Shown here: piece by piece, positions 15,813 through 23,510 of the stretch
Numbering within the stretch: position 1 is the first letter of the stretch
Layout: each line of letters begins with the position of its first letter
Sequence record: OQ331036.1
DNA length: 24,000 nt
Direction: 5' to 3' (one strand)
Source of the DNA: Yersinia phage MHG19
Program-made: the position numbers and the translations under genes
The notes under the pieces: model-generated
Databases searched by the model: none
Seen by the model: only the letters and a program-made list of their open reading frames with translations
Told to the model about the DNA's origin: nothing

Positions 15813-16511
15813 ATGAATATCATCGAACGTGTTAATGCTCAAGATAACTTTGTGATAAACGGAATCAAATATTATTCCGAGTCTGGAGTTAAAGAACGTG
15901 CTTATGATTTATTGAATATGCATGGACTTCGTTCAAAAGGTTGGAAATTTGAATTGACTAAAATGCGTTCAAAGCATATCATTGGTCAATGCTCGTATAA
16001 TAAACGTACAATCACATTGAACAGTCATTTCTTTTATGCAATGCCTGCATCTGAAGTTGATGACACGCTGATTCATGAGATTGCCCATGCGTTAACTCCT
16101 GGCCATAGTCATGATGATGTATGGAAAGCTATGTGCGTAGAGTTAGGTTGTGCTCCACGTGCTAGATGTCCTCAGGCCGCATTCGAAGGTTTTGTTGAGC
16201 ATTGGATTATCGAAACTAAAGCTGAATTAAATGAATACAAAAAAGCCGGGAAAATTAAAGTCGCTAAAGCTAAACCTGTTGTGGCAAGTACAGAGTTACA
16301 CCCAGGCATCAAGGCTAAACCTTCTAAAAGAAGTGTAGGTTTATACACAGCTTATCGTGAAAGTGGACTGAGTGTATTAGATGCACAACATGCTGTTAAA
16401 AATGATCATATTGTTGACGGCAAAGCTGAAAAAGACGCTGAATGGCAGTTACGTATGCTTCAACGTTGGGAAAATGCTCTTGAAGCTGGTATGAATATTT
16501 TTGTGATGTAA
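15813..16511 (+). CDS. SprT-like zinc metalloprotease domain protein
   Basis: LIHEIAHALTPGHSHDDVWKAMCVELGC: HExxH motif (HEIAH) followed by a GHxxxxW context as in SprT/Spartan family. Confidence 0.75.
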   Translation: MNIIERVNAQDNFVINGIKYYSESGVKERAYDLLNMHGLRSKGWKFELTKMRSKHIIGQCSYNKRTITLNSHFFYAMPASEVDDTLIHEIAHALTPGHSHDDVWKAMCVELGCAPRARCPQAAFEGFVEHWIIETKAELNEYKKAGKIKVAKAKPVVASTELHPGIKAKPSKRSVGLYTAYRESGLSVLDAQHAVKNDHIVDGKAEKDAEWQLRMLQRWENALEAGMNIFVM

Positions 16512-16523
16512 AGCAAATAACTG

Positions 16524-16571
16524 TTTACACGCTGTCGTTGTTTTGATAGAATAACCATATTGAAACAACAA
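16524..16571 (+). promoter_or_regulatory. putative early promoter, module copy A
   Basis: TTTACA (16524-16529), 17 nt, TAGAAT (16547-16552), TTTGATAGAATAACCATATTGAAACAACAA (16542-16571). Confidence 0.75.
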
Positions 16572-16598
16572 CAGCAAATCAAAATCTTGGAGAATAAA

Positions 16599-16859
16599 AT
16601 GAACCCATTATATAAAGCAGTAAAAACTGAAATGCCTAAAATGGAAGCTATCTTGAAAGAAACTTTTTCTGATGCTAAAATTGATAAAGTGAATCAAGTC
16701 AACTTAGTTAATAATGGCGTTCATTTCTCTGTTACTTATAACGCAATTACTAAAAAATTCATCATCTTTGTTTGTGAAGATTCATTCTTCATTGAGTATA
16801 AAACTTATAACGTTGCTAAAGAAAACGTCACTAAAAAGATTAAATCTTTATCAAAATAA
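16599..16859 (+). CDS. hypothetical 86-aa early protein
   Basis: ATG 16599 after RBS ggaga; MNPLYKAVKTEMPKMEAILKETFSDAKIDKV...; own promoter. Confidence 0.75.
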   Translation: MNPLYKAVKTEMPKMEAILKETFSDAKIDKVNQVNLVNNGVHFSVTYNAITKKFIIFVCEDSFFIEYKTYNVAKENVTKKIKSLSK

Positions 16860-16862
16860 TTG

Positions 16863-16910
16863 TGTACAACAGCTCAGCGTTTTGATAGAATAACCATATT
16901 GAAACAACAA
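16863..16910 (+). promoter_or_regulatory. putative early promoter, module copy B
   Basis: TGTACA (16863-16868), 17 nt, TAGAAT (16886-16891), identical 30-nt element (16881-16910). Confidence 0.75.
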
Positions 16911-16930
16911 ATGAAACTTTGGAGATTATC

Positions 16931-17023
16931 ATGGAAACTAATCAAATTGTCGGTTTAGCTTTATGGGCAACACTGTTCGTTCCTTGCTTTGTATTCTTTA
17001 TTCGTGGAATTTTTGGAAAATAA
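16931..17023 (+). CDS. 30-aa single-pass membrane microprotein (not in supplied ORF track)
   Basis: METNQIVGLALWATLFVPCFVFFIRGIFGK*; RBS ggag at 16921, dedicated promoter upstream. Confidence 0.6.
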   Translation: METNQIVGLALWATLFVPCFVFFIRGIFGK

Positions 17024-17026
17024 CTG

Positions 17027-17071
17027 TTTACATTATAGCATTACTTTGATAGAATAACCATATTGAAACAA
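17027..17071 (+). promoter_or_regulatory. putative early promoter of motA, module copy C
   Basis: TTTACA (17027-17032), 17 nt, TAGAAT (17050-17055), TTTGATAGAATAACCATATTGAAACAA (17045-17071). Confidence 0.78.
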
Positions 17072-17101
17072 ACATACAAAACAAAATTTGAGGATTAAAT
17101 C

Positions 17102-17728
17102 ATGTCTAAAGTTACTTACATCATCAAAGCTTCTAATGACGTACTGAACGAAAAAACTTCTGCAATCTTGATTCAAGTCGCAAAACAAAAATTCATCACT
17201 TCTGCTGAAATTCGTGAAAACTTAGCTGAAACTCTGAACGCATCTTCAGTTAACTCTAACATCGGTGTTCTTATCAAGAAAGGTTTCATCGAGAAATCTG
17301 GTGAAGGTTTCATCACTACTATTTTAGCTGATGATACTTTGGCTCAAGCAGCTCATATCTACGCTGAAGAGAATACTCCAGAACTAGTTAAACCACGTAA
17401 GACTCGTAAAGCTCGTGAAATCTCTGCTGAAATGGAAGCATTCAAAGACTATCTAGAGAAGAAAGTTGCTGAGCGTTTCACAATTAAAAATATCGAGCTT
17501 TATCGTTCAAACTACATCATTCGTCTTGAATCACGTCATGAAGGTATTCGTATCTTTGAAATTCGTAATAAAGGTGAATTCCGTGTGGTTGCATACAAAG
17601 TCACTGAAGAAATGTCCAACAAACTTCAAGCCGCTGGTATGTCTGCTAAGATCGGTTCAAGCAACAACGCTTACTTTGACATCGATTGCACTGAAGCTAA
17701 CATCGACATGATCATTGCTCTGGTATAA
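17102..17728 (+). CDS. motA: MotA middle-gene transcription activator
   Basis: MSKVTYIIKASNDVLNEKTSA...VNSNIGVLIKKGFIEKSGEG...RKTRKAREISAEME...YRSNYIIRLE is near-identical in pattern to T4 MotA. Confidence 0.97.
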   Translation: MSKVTYIIKASNDVLNEKTSAILIQVAKQKFITSAEIRENLAETLNASSVNSNIGVLIKKGFIEKSGEGFITTILADDTLAQAAHIYAEENTPELVKPRKTRKAREISAEMEAFKDYLEKKVAERFTIKNIELYRSNYIIRLESRHEGIRIFEIRNKGEFRVVAYKVTEEMSNKLQAAGMSAKIGSSNNAYFDIDCTEANIDMIIALV

Positions 17729-17737
17729 GGAAATAAA

Positions 17738-18076
17738 ATGAACAAGTTCCAACTATTAAATGATATTCAGCGTCAATTGGTAAAATCTGGTGATGAGTGG
17801 TTGGTATTCTATGACGGACTTTATTTAGGGCATATTGAGACTCAGATCAAAGACGGTAAGAAATTCTATTTGAGTCATGCACTACAATCTGGCGGTGGCA
17901 TATCTAAATCGTTTATGGGTTCATTAGCTTTGATTATTGATGTTGACGTGATTAAAACTAGAATCAAATTACGCCAAAAAGAGCGTGATGTGATGGCGGT
18001 TAATTGTGTTCATCAATTTATCACACGTGGACGTAAGAAAACGTTCTTAGAAAAAGTTAAAGGCTGGTTCAAGTAG
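17738..18076 (+). CDS. hypothetical protein downstream of motA
   Basis: 112-aa ORF with RBS aagga. Confidence 0.7.
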   Translation: MNKFQLLNDIQRQLVKSGDEWLVFYDGLYLGHIETQIKDGKKFYLSHALQSGGGISKSFMGSLALIIDVDVIKTRIKLRQKERDVMAVNCVHQFITRGRKKTFLEKVKGWFK

Positions 18077-18129
18077 ACCATCCTGAGTGAAATCTGAAAA
18101 GTGATCAATATACTTCTATTGGAGAAGTC

Positions 18130-18480
18130 ATGAGCGATATAACTAAAGAACATCTTCATTGGGTCGCCGATGACGCATACAATGATCGTGTTATCGTATC
18201 AGCAGCCAATCGTTACCCTACACCTTCTGGTGAAATGCTTGTAGTTCCATGTGTACGCCATTACAGTAAAGAACATCATGCAATCTTGGATGGTCTGAAG
18301 CTATCTGGTACTATCACATCAACTCGAGCATGTGGTGAAAACCAAGGTTTTATCGATCAGTATTCAAATTACTGGACTCGTGAAGAAGCTCTAGTTATTG
18401 CGACAGCATCTGGTCAAATTAATGCGCGTCGTCCTAAAGGATGGCCTGAAGATGAGTTATTTAGCGAGGATTTATACTGA
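18130..18480 (+). CDS. conserved phage hypothetical protein (HWVADDAYN...GENQGFIDQYSNYWTREEAL type)
   Basis: 116-aa ORF, RBS ggaga; motif pattern recognised from phage hypothetical proteins, function unknown. Confidence 0.72.
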   Translation: MSDITKEHLHWVADDAYNDRVIVSAANRYPTPSGEMLVVPCVRHYSKEHHAILDGLKLSGTITSTRACGENQGFIDQYSNYWTREEALVIATASGQINARRPKGWPEDELFSEDLY

Positions 18481-18614
18481 TGTCTTCAGAGAATAATTTT
18501 GTAGCGAAGCATGACTTCAATCGTGCTTCAGTCCACAAGGACAAAAAGAAGGCTCAATTAGAGTCTAAACGTAAACAAAAACATAAAGGTAAAACTGATG
18601 GCTTTCACGATTGA
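18480..18614 (+). CDS. 44-aa highly basic protein (not in supplied ORF track)
   Basis: ATGA-type overlap; MSSENNFVAKHDFNRASVHKDKKKAQLESKRKQKHKGKTDGFHD*. Confidence 0.6.
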   Translation: MSSENNFVAKHDFNRASVHKDKKKAQLESKRKQKHKGKTDGFHD

Positions 18615-18858
18615 TGATTTCATCGAGATGTTCGAGTCTACGAAAGAGACTATCAATAAAGATACTTACTCTTTCATGGAAGCAATGTCCTTGTGTCACG
18701 CAGGATATGAGATTGAGCCAACGGGTTCAACTAAACTGTTCTCATTGAAGGCTGAAGTTATTGATGGTCGATATGCAATTCGCTATGATAATGGAAATGA
18801 ATATTATACTCGCCCAGAGCATTTAAGTCTTAGTTGGAAGGTTAAGGAAAAGTTATGA
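18598..18858 (+). CDS. hypothetical 86-aa protein
   Basis: Overlaps both neighbours, typical early-gene packing. Confidence 0.7.
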   Translation: MAFTIDDFIEMFESTKETINKDTYSFMEAMSLCHAGYEIEPTGSTKLFSLKAEVIDGRYAIRYDNGNEYYTRPEHLSLSWKVKEKL

Positions 18859-19019
18859 AGTTTAAAGTAGGCGAAGAGTACTACGAAAGCTTAGGTGGGA
18901 TGTGGTTTAAAGCCGAGGTTGAGGGTAAGAAAGGTTGTTGCTCTCATATGCGATGGGTTGAAGCCATTCCTGAAGGTGTAGTAACACAAATCAACGAATT
19001 TCCATGGGAACAAAAATGA
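18855..19019 (+). CDS. 54-aa hypothetical protein (not in supplied ORF track)
   Basis: MKFKVGEEYYESLGGMWFKAEVEGKKGCCSHMRWVEAIPEGVVTQINEFPWEQK*; ATGA overlap upstream and downstream. Confidence 0.65.
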   Translation: MKFKVGEEYYESLGGMWFKAEVEGKKGCCSHMRWVEAIPEGVVTQINEFPWEQK

Positions 19020-19342
19020 CATCTGAAAAATCTCTGCAAGTTTTCAACAAGTTCAAATCTGAAATCACTACTGAACACAAACTGACCTTTACGCTGAAGC
19101 CTTTATTCGAGCACTCAGTCGATAGTTATGCTTACTTGGATACGGAAATCTCTAATGAACTGTTTGTATTGAACGAGCGCCTACCGCTGTATTGCAACAT
19201 CAAAGGCGATGAATATCTTTTCATGGTTCGTCATATCACAGCACAAAGCCAAACTCATATCTTAGATGCGATCATGATGATTGCTGAGCATTATGAAGGC
19301 AAATATGAGTTGTTACGAGGTGAATGTCACTTTGATGATTAA
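19016..19342 (+). CDS. hypothetical protein upstream of asiA (start 19016 or 19004)
   Basis: ~108-aa ORF MTSEKSLQVFNKFKSEITTEHK...; ATGA coupling favours 19016. Confidence 0.68.
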   Translation: MTSEKSLQVFNKFKSEITTEHKLTFTLKPLFEHSVDSYAYLDTEISNELFVLNERLPLYCNIKGDEYLFMVRHITAQSQTHILDAIMMIAEHYEGKYELLRGECHFDD

Positions 19343-19344
19343 TG

Positions 19345-19388
19345 TTGTACATTATACTATCAAAGTGATAATATAACCTTATCGAAAA
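19345..19388 (+). promoter_or_regulatory. putative early promoter of asiA, conserved module copy
   Basis: TTGTAC (19345-19350), 18 nt, TAATAT (19369-19374), AGTGATAATATAACCTTATCGAAAA (19364-19388). Confidence 0.72.
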
Positions 19389-19403
19389 TAAAGAGACAAT
19401 ATA

Positions 19404-19676
19404 ATGAAAGCAATTGATACAGTTCGTGAAATCTTTGACATCGCATCTATTTTGATCAAATTTGAGTGTGAAGACATTCTTGAGAAGCAAACAAGCTTTA
19501 TTGATTTCTTGAACGCACTTGGTGTTAAAGCTCCAAATGGTCGTGAATTTACTAAGATGGGTTTCCGTCAGATGATAGCTAATCTTACTGAACAGGAAAA
19601 GTTTGAATTGATTGAAGAGTTCAATGCTTCTCATAAGCAAGTCTATCGTATGATGGAAATGCATTCAAATCATTAA
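19404..19676 (+). CDS. asiA: AsiA anti-sigma70 factor
   Basis: 90 aa; IDTVREIFDIASILIKFECEDILEKQTSFIDFLNALGV...EFNASHKQVYRMMEMHSNH aligns with T4 AsiA; convergent with t as in T4. Confidence 0.95.
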   Translation: MKAIDTVREIFDIASILIKFECEDILEKQTSFIDFLNALGVKAPNGREFTKMGFRQMIANLTEQEKFELIEEFNASHKQVYRMMEMHSNH

Positions 19677-19694
19677 TCCCCTCTAAACACGACA

Positions 19695-19712
19695 AAGGGC
19701 CTCACGGCCCTT
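19695..19712. terminator. bidirectional hairpin between convergent asiA and t
   Basis: AAGGGCC-TCAC-GGCCCTT located at the convergent gene boundary. Confidence 0.65.
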
Positions 19713-20364
19713 ATCGTATTCTTCCTAACGTCCGAGAAGCCTGAGAACACAAAGCACTGAGTCGTGCATTAGAGATATTAGGCTTCTCATACCAGTACAT
19801 ACTGACTGCACCAGAATAAACGTTGTCCAAATTGAAGTAAGGACAACTGAAAGTGTACTTCACATCTTCCACCTTTTTCTTAGTAGGTAAGAAAACGAAT
19901 TCGCTTTCAGATTGGAAATATGCTCCAGTCAAATGCGTTCCATATTCTAAGGACGTCTTATCGACTGGAAACCCTCCTAGATTCTTCTCGCTTACAGTCA
20001 TTGGCAACTTCCCTTCGTAAGCAATCAAATCAACAAAGTAGTTCAAGTTTTTAGGTCGAAACGAGTAGATAGCTGAAAAGTCAGCACCACTTGAAACGTG
20101 GACAATCTGTAGTTGTTCTAGAGCAGATGTCTCAAATTTTGCGTCGCGTTCTTTTTGAAGAACTTCGGTATAAGTGTCGTATTTTGATTCCTTATAAGTC
20201 ATCATTAACGTTTCACCTTTATACCATATCAGACACAGTACAAACAAAATAACTACGGTAATAACTCGGCCGACTACGACCTTGCCAGTAGCGTTATCTT
20301 TGAAAATCCTATCTAGAACGCCGAACAGTAAATCCGTTAGATTAACTGATGGTACGGCGGCCAT
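19711..20364 (-). CDS. t: T holin
   Basis: DLLFGVLDRIFKDNATGKVVVGRV, ALEQLQIVHVSSGADFSAIYSFRPKNLNYFVDLIAYEGKLP, SCPYFNLDNVYSG match T4 gpt. Confidence 0.97.
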   Translation of the reverse strand: MAAVPSVNLTDLLFGVLDRIFKDNATGKVVVGRVITVVILFVLCLIWYKGETLMMTYKESKYDTYTEVLQKERDAKFETSALEQLQIVHVSSGADFSAIYSFRPKNLNYFVDLIAYEGKLPMTVSEKNLGGFPVDKTSLEYGTHLTGAYFQSESEFVFLPTKKKVEDVKYTFSCPYFNLDNVYSGAVSMYWYEKPNISNARLSALCSQASRTLGRIR

Positions 20365-20378
20365 AACTTCTCCTTAAG

Positions 20379-20395
20379 AGGGGCGACTAGCCCCT
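20379..20395 (-). repeat. hairpin between adhesin gene and t
   Basis: AGGGGC-GACTA-GCCCCT; no clear U tract on the minus strand. Confidence 0.45.
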
Positions 20396-20410
20396 TATAA
20401 GTCTATTTAA

Positions 20411-20959
20411 TCATCTGCGAGATACAGCGACGTTTATAGTTTGACCACGACGACTATTGATAAACGTTTCAATGCCTTGTCGATCTGAACTGAAGTAACA
20501 ATCTGCGCCGTGTTGCACGGTATAATTCAGATCAAAACTTGCTGTCGCACCGTTAGAAGCAGTTAGTACCATTCGTAATGCTGCGTTCTTCAAACCTGGT
20601 ATGTATAGATGATATGTTATACCAATACCAACTGAACCTGCACCCCAACCCGAACATGGACCATTAATTGTATGACCTTCAATAGTGTTATCGCCTGATA
20701 CACTACCGAAACTCATTCGAGGTTGACCAGAACCACCATCACTATTCCAAGGCCAACCTGGACGAGCATATCCGTCCCAATGCGTCTGTCTACCGTCTTC
20801 CCAACCAATAGTCATTTGATAACCTTTAGATCTGCCAATCATTTCAGATAGCTTACCTGGTTTCTCAGGTAAGCGTAGAACCCCACGGGCCTTAGACATT
20901 TGTCTTTGACCCGTTTCTGCGAATGCTGACGAACCTACTCTTGGTCCTGTAACAGCCAT
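20411..20959 (-). CDS. 38: gp38-type receptor-binding adhesin (T2-like N-terminus, divergent distal domain)
   Basis: MAVTGPRVGSSAFAETGQRQMSKARGVLRL...IGRSKGYQ resembles T2-family gp38 N-terminus (MAVVGVPGWIGSSAVNETGQRWMSQAAGQLRL..FAGRS); lies between 37 and t. Confidence 0.75.
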   Translation of the reverse strand: MAVTGPRVGSSAFAETGQRQMSKARGVLRLPEKPGKLSEMIGRSKGYQMTIGWEDGRQTHWDGYARPGWPWNSDGGSGQPRMSFGSVSGDNTIEGHTINGPCSGWGAGSVGIGITYHLYIPGLKNAALRMVLTASNGATASFDLNYTVQHGADCYFSSDRQGIETFINSRRGQTINVAVSRR

Positions 20960-23487
20960 TATACCCCCAATTTAGCTAAACGATCTTCGATGTTCTGAAG
21001 TTTAACGTCTTGCTCTTGAACAATTTTCCACAGCGCGGAACTAAGTCCACGATAGTTAACAGAAAGATAACCGTCTTCTTTTACTGAAACTAATTCAGGG
21101 AACACGTCAGCTACTTCCTGAGCAATAACACCAATTGCGTGATCATTTGAACCGTCTTTCATAGAATAACGGTTGATCTTGATTTTATGCAACTTGTCAG
21201 ATACGTTTTCTAATTCACGAACTTTATCTTTCAAACGAGCGTCAGAGTTCAAGTAGAATTCTGCAGCGTACATCCAAACGTTTGTTGTGATATCACCAGT
21301 AGCTTTGATAGTTCCGTTAACTTGTAAAGCACCGTTCAGTGTCTGGTTTGAGTTGTTGCGCATAACAACGCCACCCATCCATGCCCCGCCAGATCCCCAT
21401 TGAGTACCAAAGATGTTGCCGTCAGCCGCTAACCAAGCTCCGGATCCGCCAAAGTTCAAACGTCCTGCGACAGTAAGCGCACCGCCAGTACCTAAGTTAC
21501 CACCGAACCAAGCGCCAGCGGGTGTTGTCATATTGGAGGTAGTAAAGTCGTATGCCGTGTTATGAACTTGAAGACGAGCTTGAGCGTTGTTGATATCAGG
21601 GTTATGGATAATCTGCATCGCAGCTATATGGTTTTTACCCCAAAGCGTAGCTTTCCATACGTTGTAAGCCGAAGTATCATTTTCAATGTTGACTTGTAGT
21701 CCTGATGGCCGCCTGCGCCAATCAACCCAGGCTCCGCCTTGAACCATCCCGCGAACAAGACCGTTAGCTTCGCCAGTGATTTTTGCAGAGTCACCTAATG
21801 CAACCATGCTTGAATCGCCACCGGTACCTCTAAGAGTAGCAGCAAGGGCGCCTACAGTACCATTAGCCCAAATTCCGGCGTCACTATATCCCCATATTGA
21901 GACAGAATCAGTTACACCAATTGAATATACGATATCTGAACCAGTACAAGTCTCATGCCAGATGGTAGCGTTGCCTTGAGATCTCCAGCGACGAAGATAA
22001 GATTTAGCACCATTCGCTGCTGAGTTATTCAGATCGTCCCACTTATAAGTTCCCTGTGGAACAGTCGTGGTGTTAATAGAACCTCGAGAATGAATATAAG
22101 CGGCATTAATAAACCCGCCAGCATATACGTCTTTATCAAATGTTGCATAAGGCATATTAACAACAAAATTACCATTACCACGGAAATAGTGATGATATTT
22201 GTCGCCAGAGTTATAACAAAGCAAGGTTAAACCGTTTGTCGACTGATTTGGCTCAGAAGAACCATCAACCGTAAACAAAGCGTTATTATTTGGCGGCATA
22301 GCAACTCTGCCTAAAGAGTCCAATGTCTGAACTGTTAAAGGCCTAGTAGATATAGATCGTACTGAACTAAGTTTAATAACAGGGATATTGTTCGCTAAAA
22401 GTTCTAAGTTACCATCACCACGTTGGCCAATACCTGTATCAGAATCGCCTACAGCAACCATAGTTCCTAGACCCGCGACACCTAATGGATCAGCGTTCGG
22501 AGTAACAGGAGCTCCAATACCGATCAAGTTTTTTCCTGGCTGGTTTTGAATTGTTGTTGTGTGTAACGAAACATCGCCAGACTCTAAATTAAGACGAAAT
22601 GGTCTTAGTGTACTGTATGCACCATCAGCGTCGCCTTTATCGGTTTGCAGCAGGTAAAGCGAAGTGCCGTCGTGCCGCCAGAAGGTGCCGTATTGCCCGT
22701 TGTTAATACGGTACGATTCACTGTTGCCTGTTGTAGTAATACAACCGTTAATAACAAATGAAGTTTTGGTCTGGTTGTTAGGACGTAGAGTGGCGCGAGT
22801 ACCAAGTTCACCAAGCCATGTGCTGCCATCTATAAATTGGATTGCGTTTTCGTATGTACCTGACTTAAAGTTACCGATCTGGAAAGATCTAGTTGGAGCG
22901 GCAGCGCCAGTGAAAGCTGTAGTAATCAAACCATTCTCACCGCCAGCACGAACATAAGTGCCAGCTGTCACATGAGTGTTGATGTTCGCTTGACCGTTTA
23001 CTCCAAAGCTAACTGTGTCATCAGTCGCTCGTTGAAGGAACATACCCGTCTTAGAACTAGCGTGTGAAGCCGAAGTACCAAATTTAAATTCTAAGATCGA
23101 TTCACGGGTGTTACCAGCGCCCCAATGCTGGATAAGCAAGTCGTTTGTTGACGTACCATCCGACTGAATAGCCAGCATTTTGCCTGGGTTTTTACTTCCA
23201 GAGCGTTCAATGCGGACGGTGTAATCAAAATTACCACTTTTACCTGTTACATCACCGTCAGCAGTGACAGATCCTTTCGTTGAGAAATTACCAGAAACTT
23301 GATTAATGTTTCCGTCGACAGTACCGCCTTTAGCAAAACCAAGGTCAATTACTTCATTGCCAGATTTTGTGAATAACATGCGATCAGCTAAGTTAATAGC
23401 CAATTCGCCTTCGGCCAGCGTGTCAGGTGTAGGTTTCTTACCTGCTTCGCTAGTCCTTTTAAATTGAATTTGTTTAATATCAGCCAT
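20959..23487 (-). CDS. 37: large distal long tail fibre subunit gp37 with C-terminal S74-type intramolecular chaperone
   Basis: N-terminus MADIKQIQFKRTSEAGKKPTPDTLAEGELAINLADRMLFTK...IDLGFAKGGTVDGN matches T4 gp37; C-terminus SDARLKDKVREL...AIGVIAQEVADVFPELV...VNYRGLSSALWKIVQEQ is Peptidase_S74-like. Confidence 0.95.
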   Translation of the reverse strand: MADIKQIQFKRTSEAGKKPTPDTLAEGELAINLADRMLFTKSGNEVIDLGFAKGGTVDGNINQVSGNFSTKGSVTADGDVTGKSGNFDYTVRIERSGSKNPGKMLAIQSDGTSTNDLLIQHWGAGNTRESILEFKFGTSASHASSKTGMFLQRATDDTVSFGVNGQANINTHVTAGTYVRAGGENGLITTAFTGAAAPTRSFQIGNFKSGTYENAIQFIDGSTWLGELGTRATLRPNNQTKTSFVINGCITTTGNSESYRINNGQYGTFWRHDGTSLYLLQTDKGDADGAYSTLRPFRLNLESGDVSLHTTTIQNQPGKNLIGIGAPVTPNADPLGVAGLGTMVAVGDSDTGIGQRGDGNLELLANNIPVIKLSSVRSISTRPLTVQTLDSLGRVAMPPNNNALFTVDGSSEPNQSTNGLTLLCYNSGDKYHHYFRGNGNFVVNMPYATFDKDVYAGGFINAAYIHSRGSINTTTVPQGTYKWDDLNNSAANGAKSYLRRWRSQGNATIWHETCTGSDIVYSIGVTDSVSIWGYSDAGIWANGTVGALAATLRGTGGDSSMVALGDSAKITGEANGLVRGMVQGGAWVDWRRRPSGLQVNIENDTSAYNVWKATLWGKNHIAAMQIIHNPDINNAQARLQVHNTAYDFTTSNMTTPAGAWFGGNLGTGGALTVAGRLNFGGSGAWLAADGNIFGTQWGSGGAWMGGVVMRNNSNQTLNGALQVNGTIKATGDITTNVWMYAAEFYLNSDARLKDKVRELENVSDKLHKIKINRYSMKDGSNDHAIGVIAQEVADVFPELVSVKEDGYLSVNYRGLSSALWKIVQEQDVKLQNIEDRLAKLGV

Positions 23488-23510
23488 GTTAGCTCCTTTG
23501 CTATTCTTAT

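Noticed and set aside
17466-17711. Alternate-frame ORF inside motA
   Set aside because: Nested in near-certain motA; Thr/Leu shadow frame.
19272-19664. 130-aa antisense ORF over asiA
   Set aside because: asiA homology on the + strand is strong and has its own promoter; antisense frame is His/Tyr-rich shadow.
22664-22957. Plus-strand ORFs within gene 37 (also 21776-21979 and 22605-22829 minus)
   Set aside because: Nested in the 842-aa gp37 frame; opposite/alternate frame artefacts in repetitive fibre sequence.
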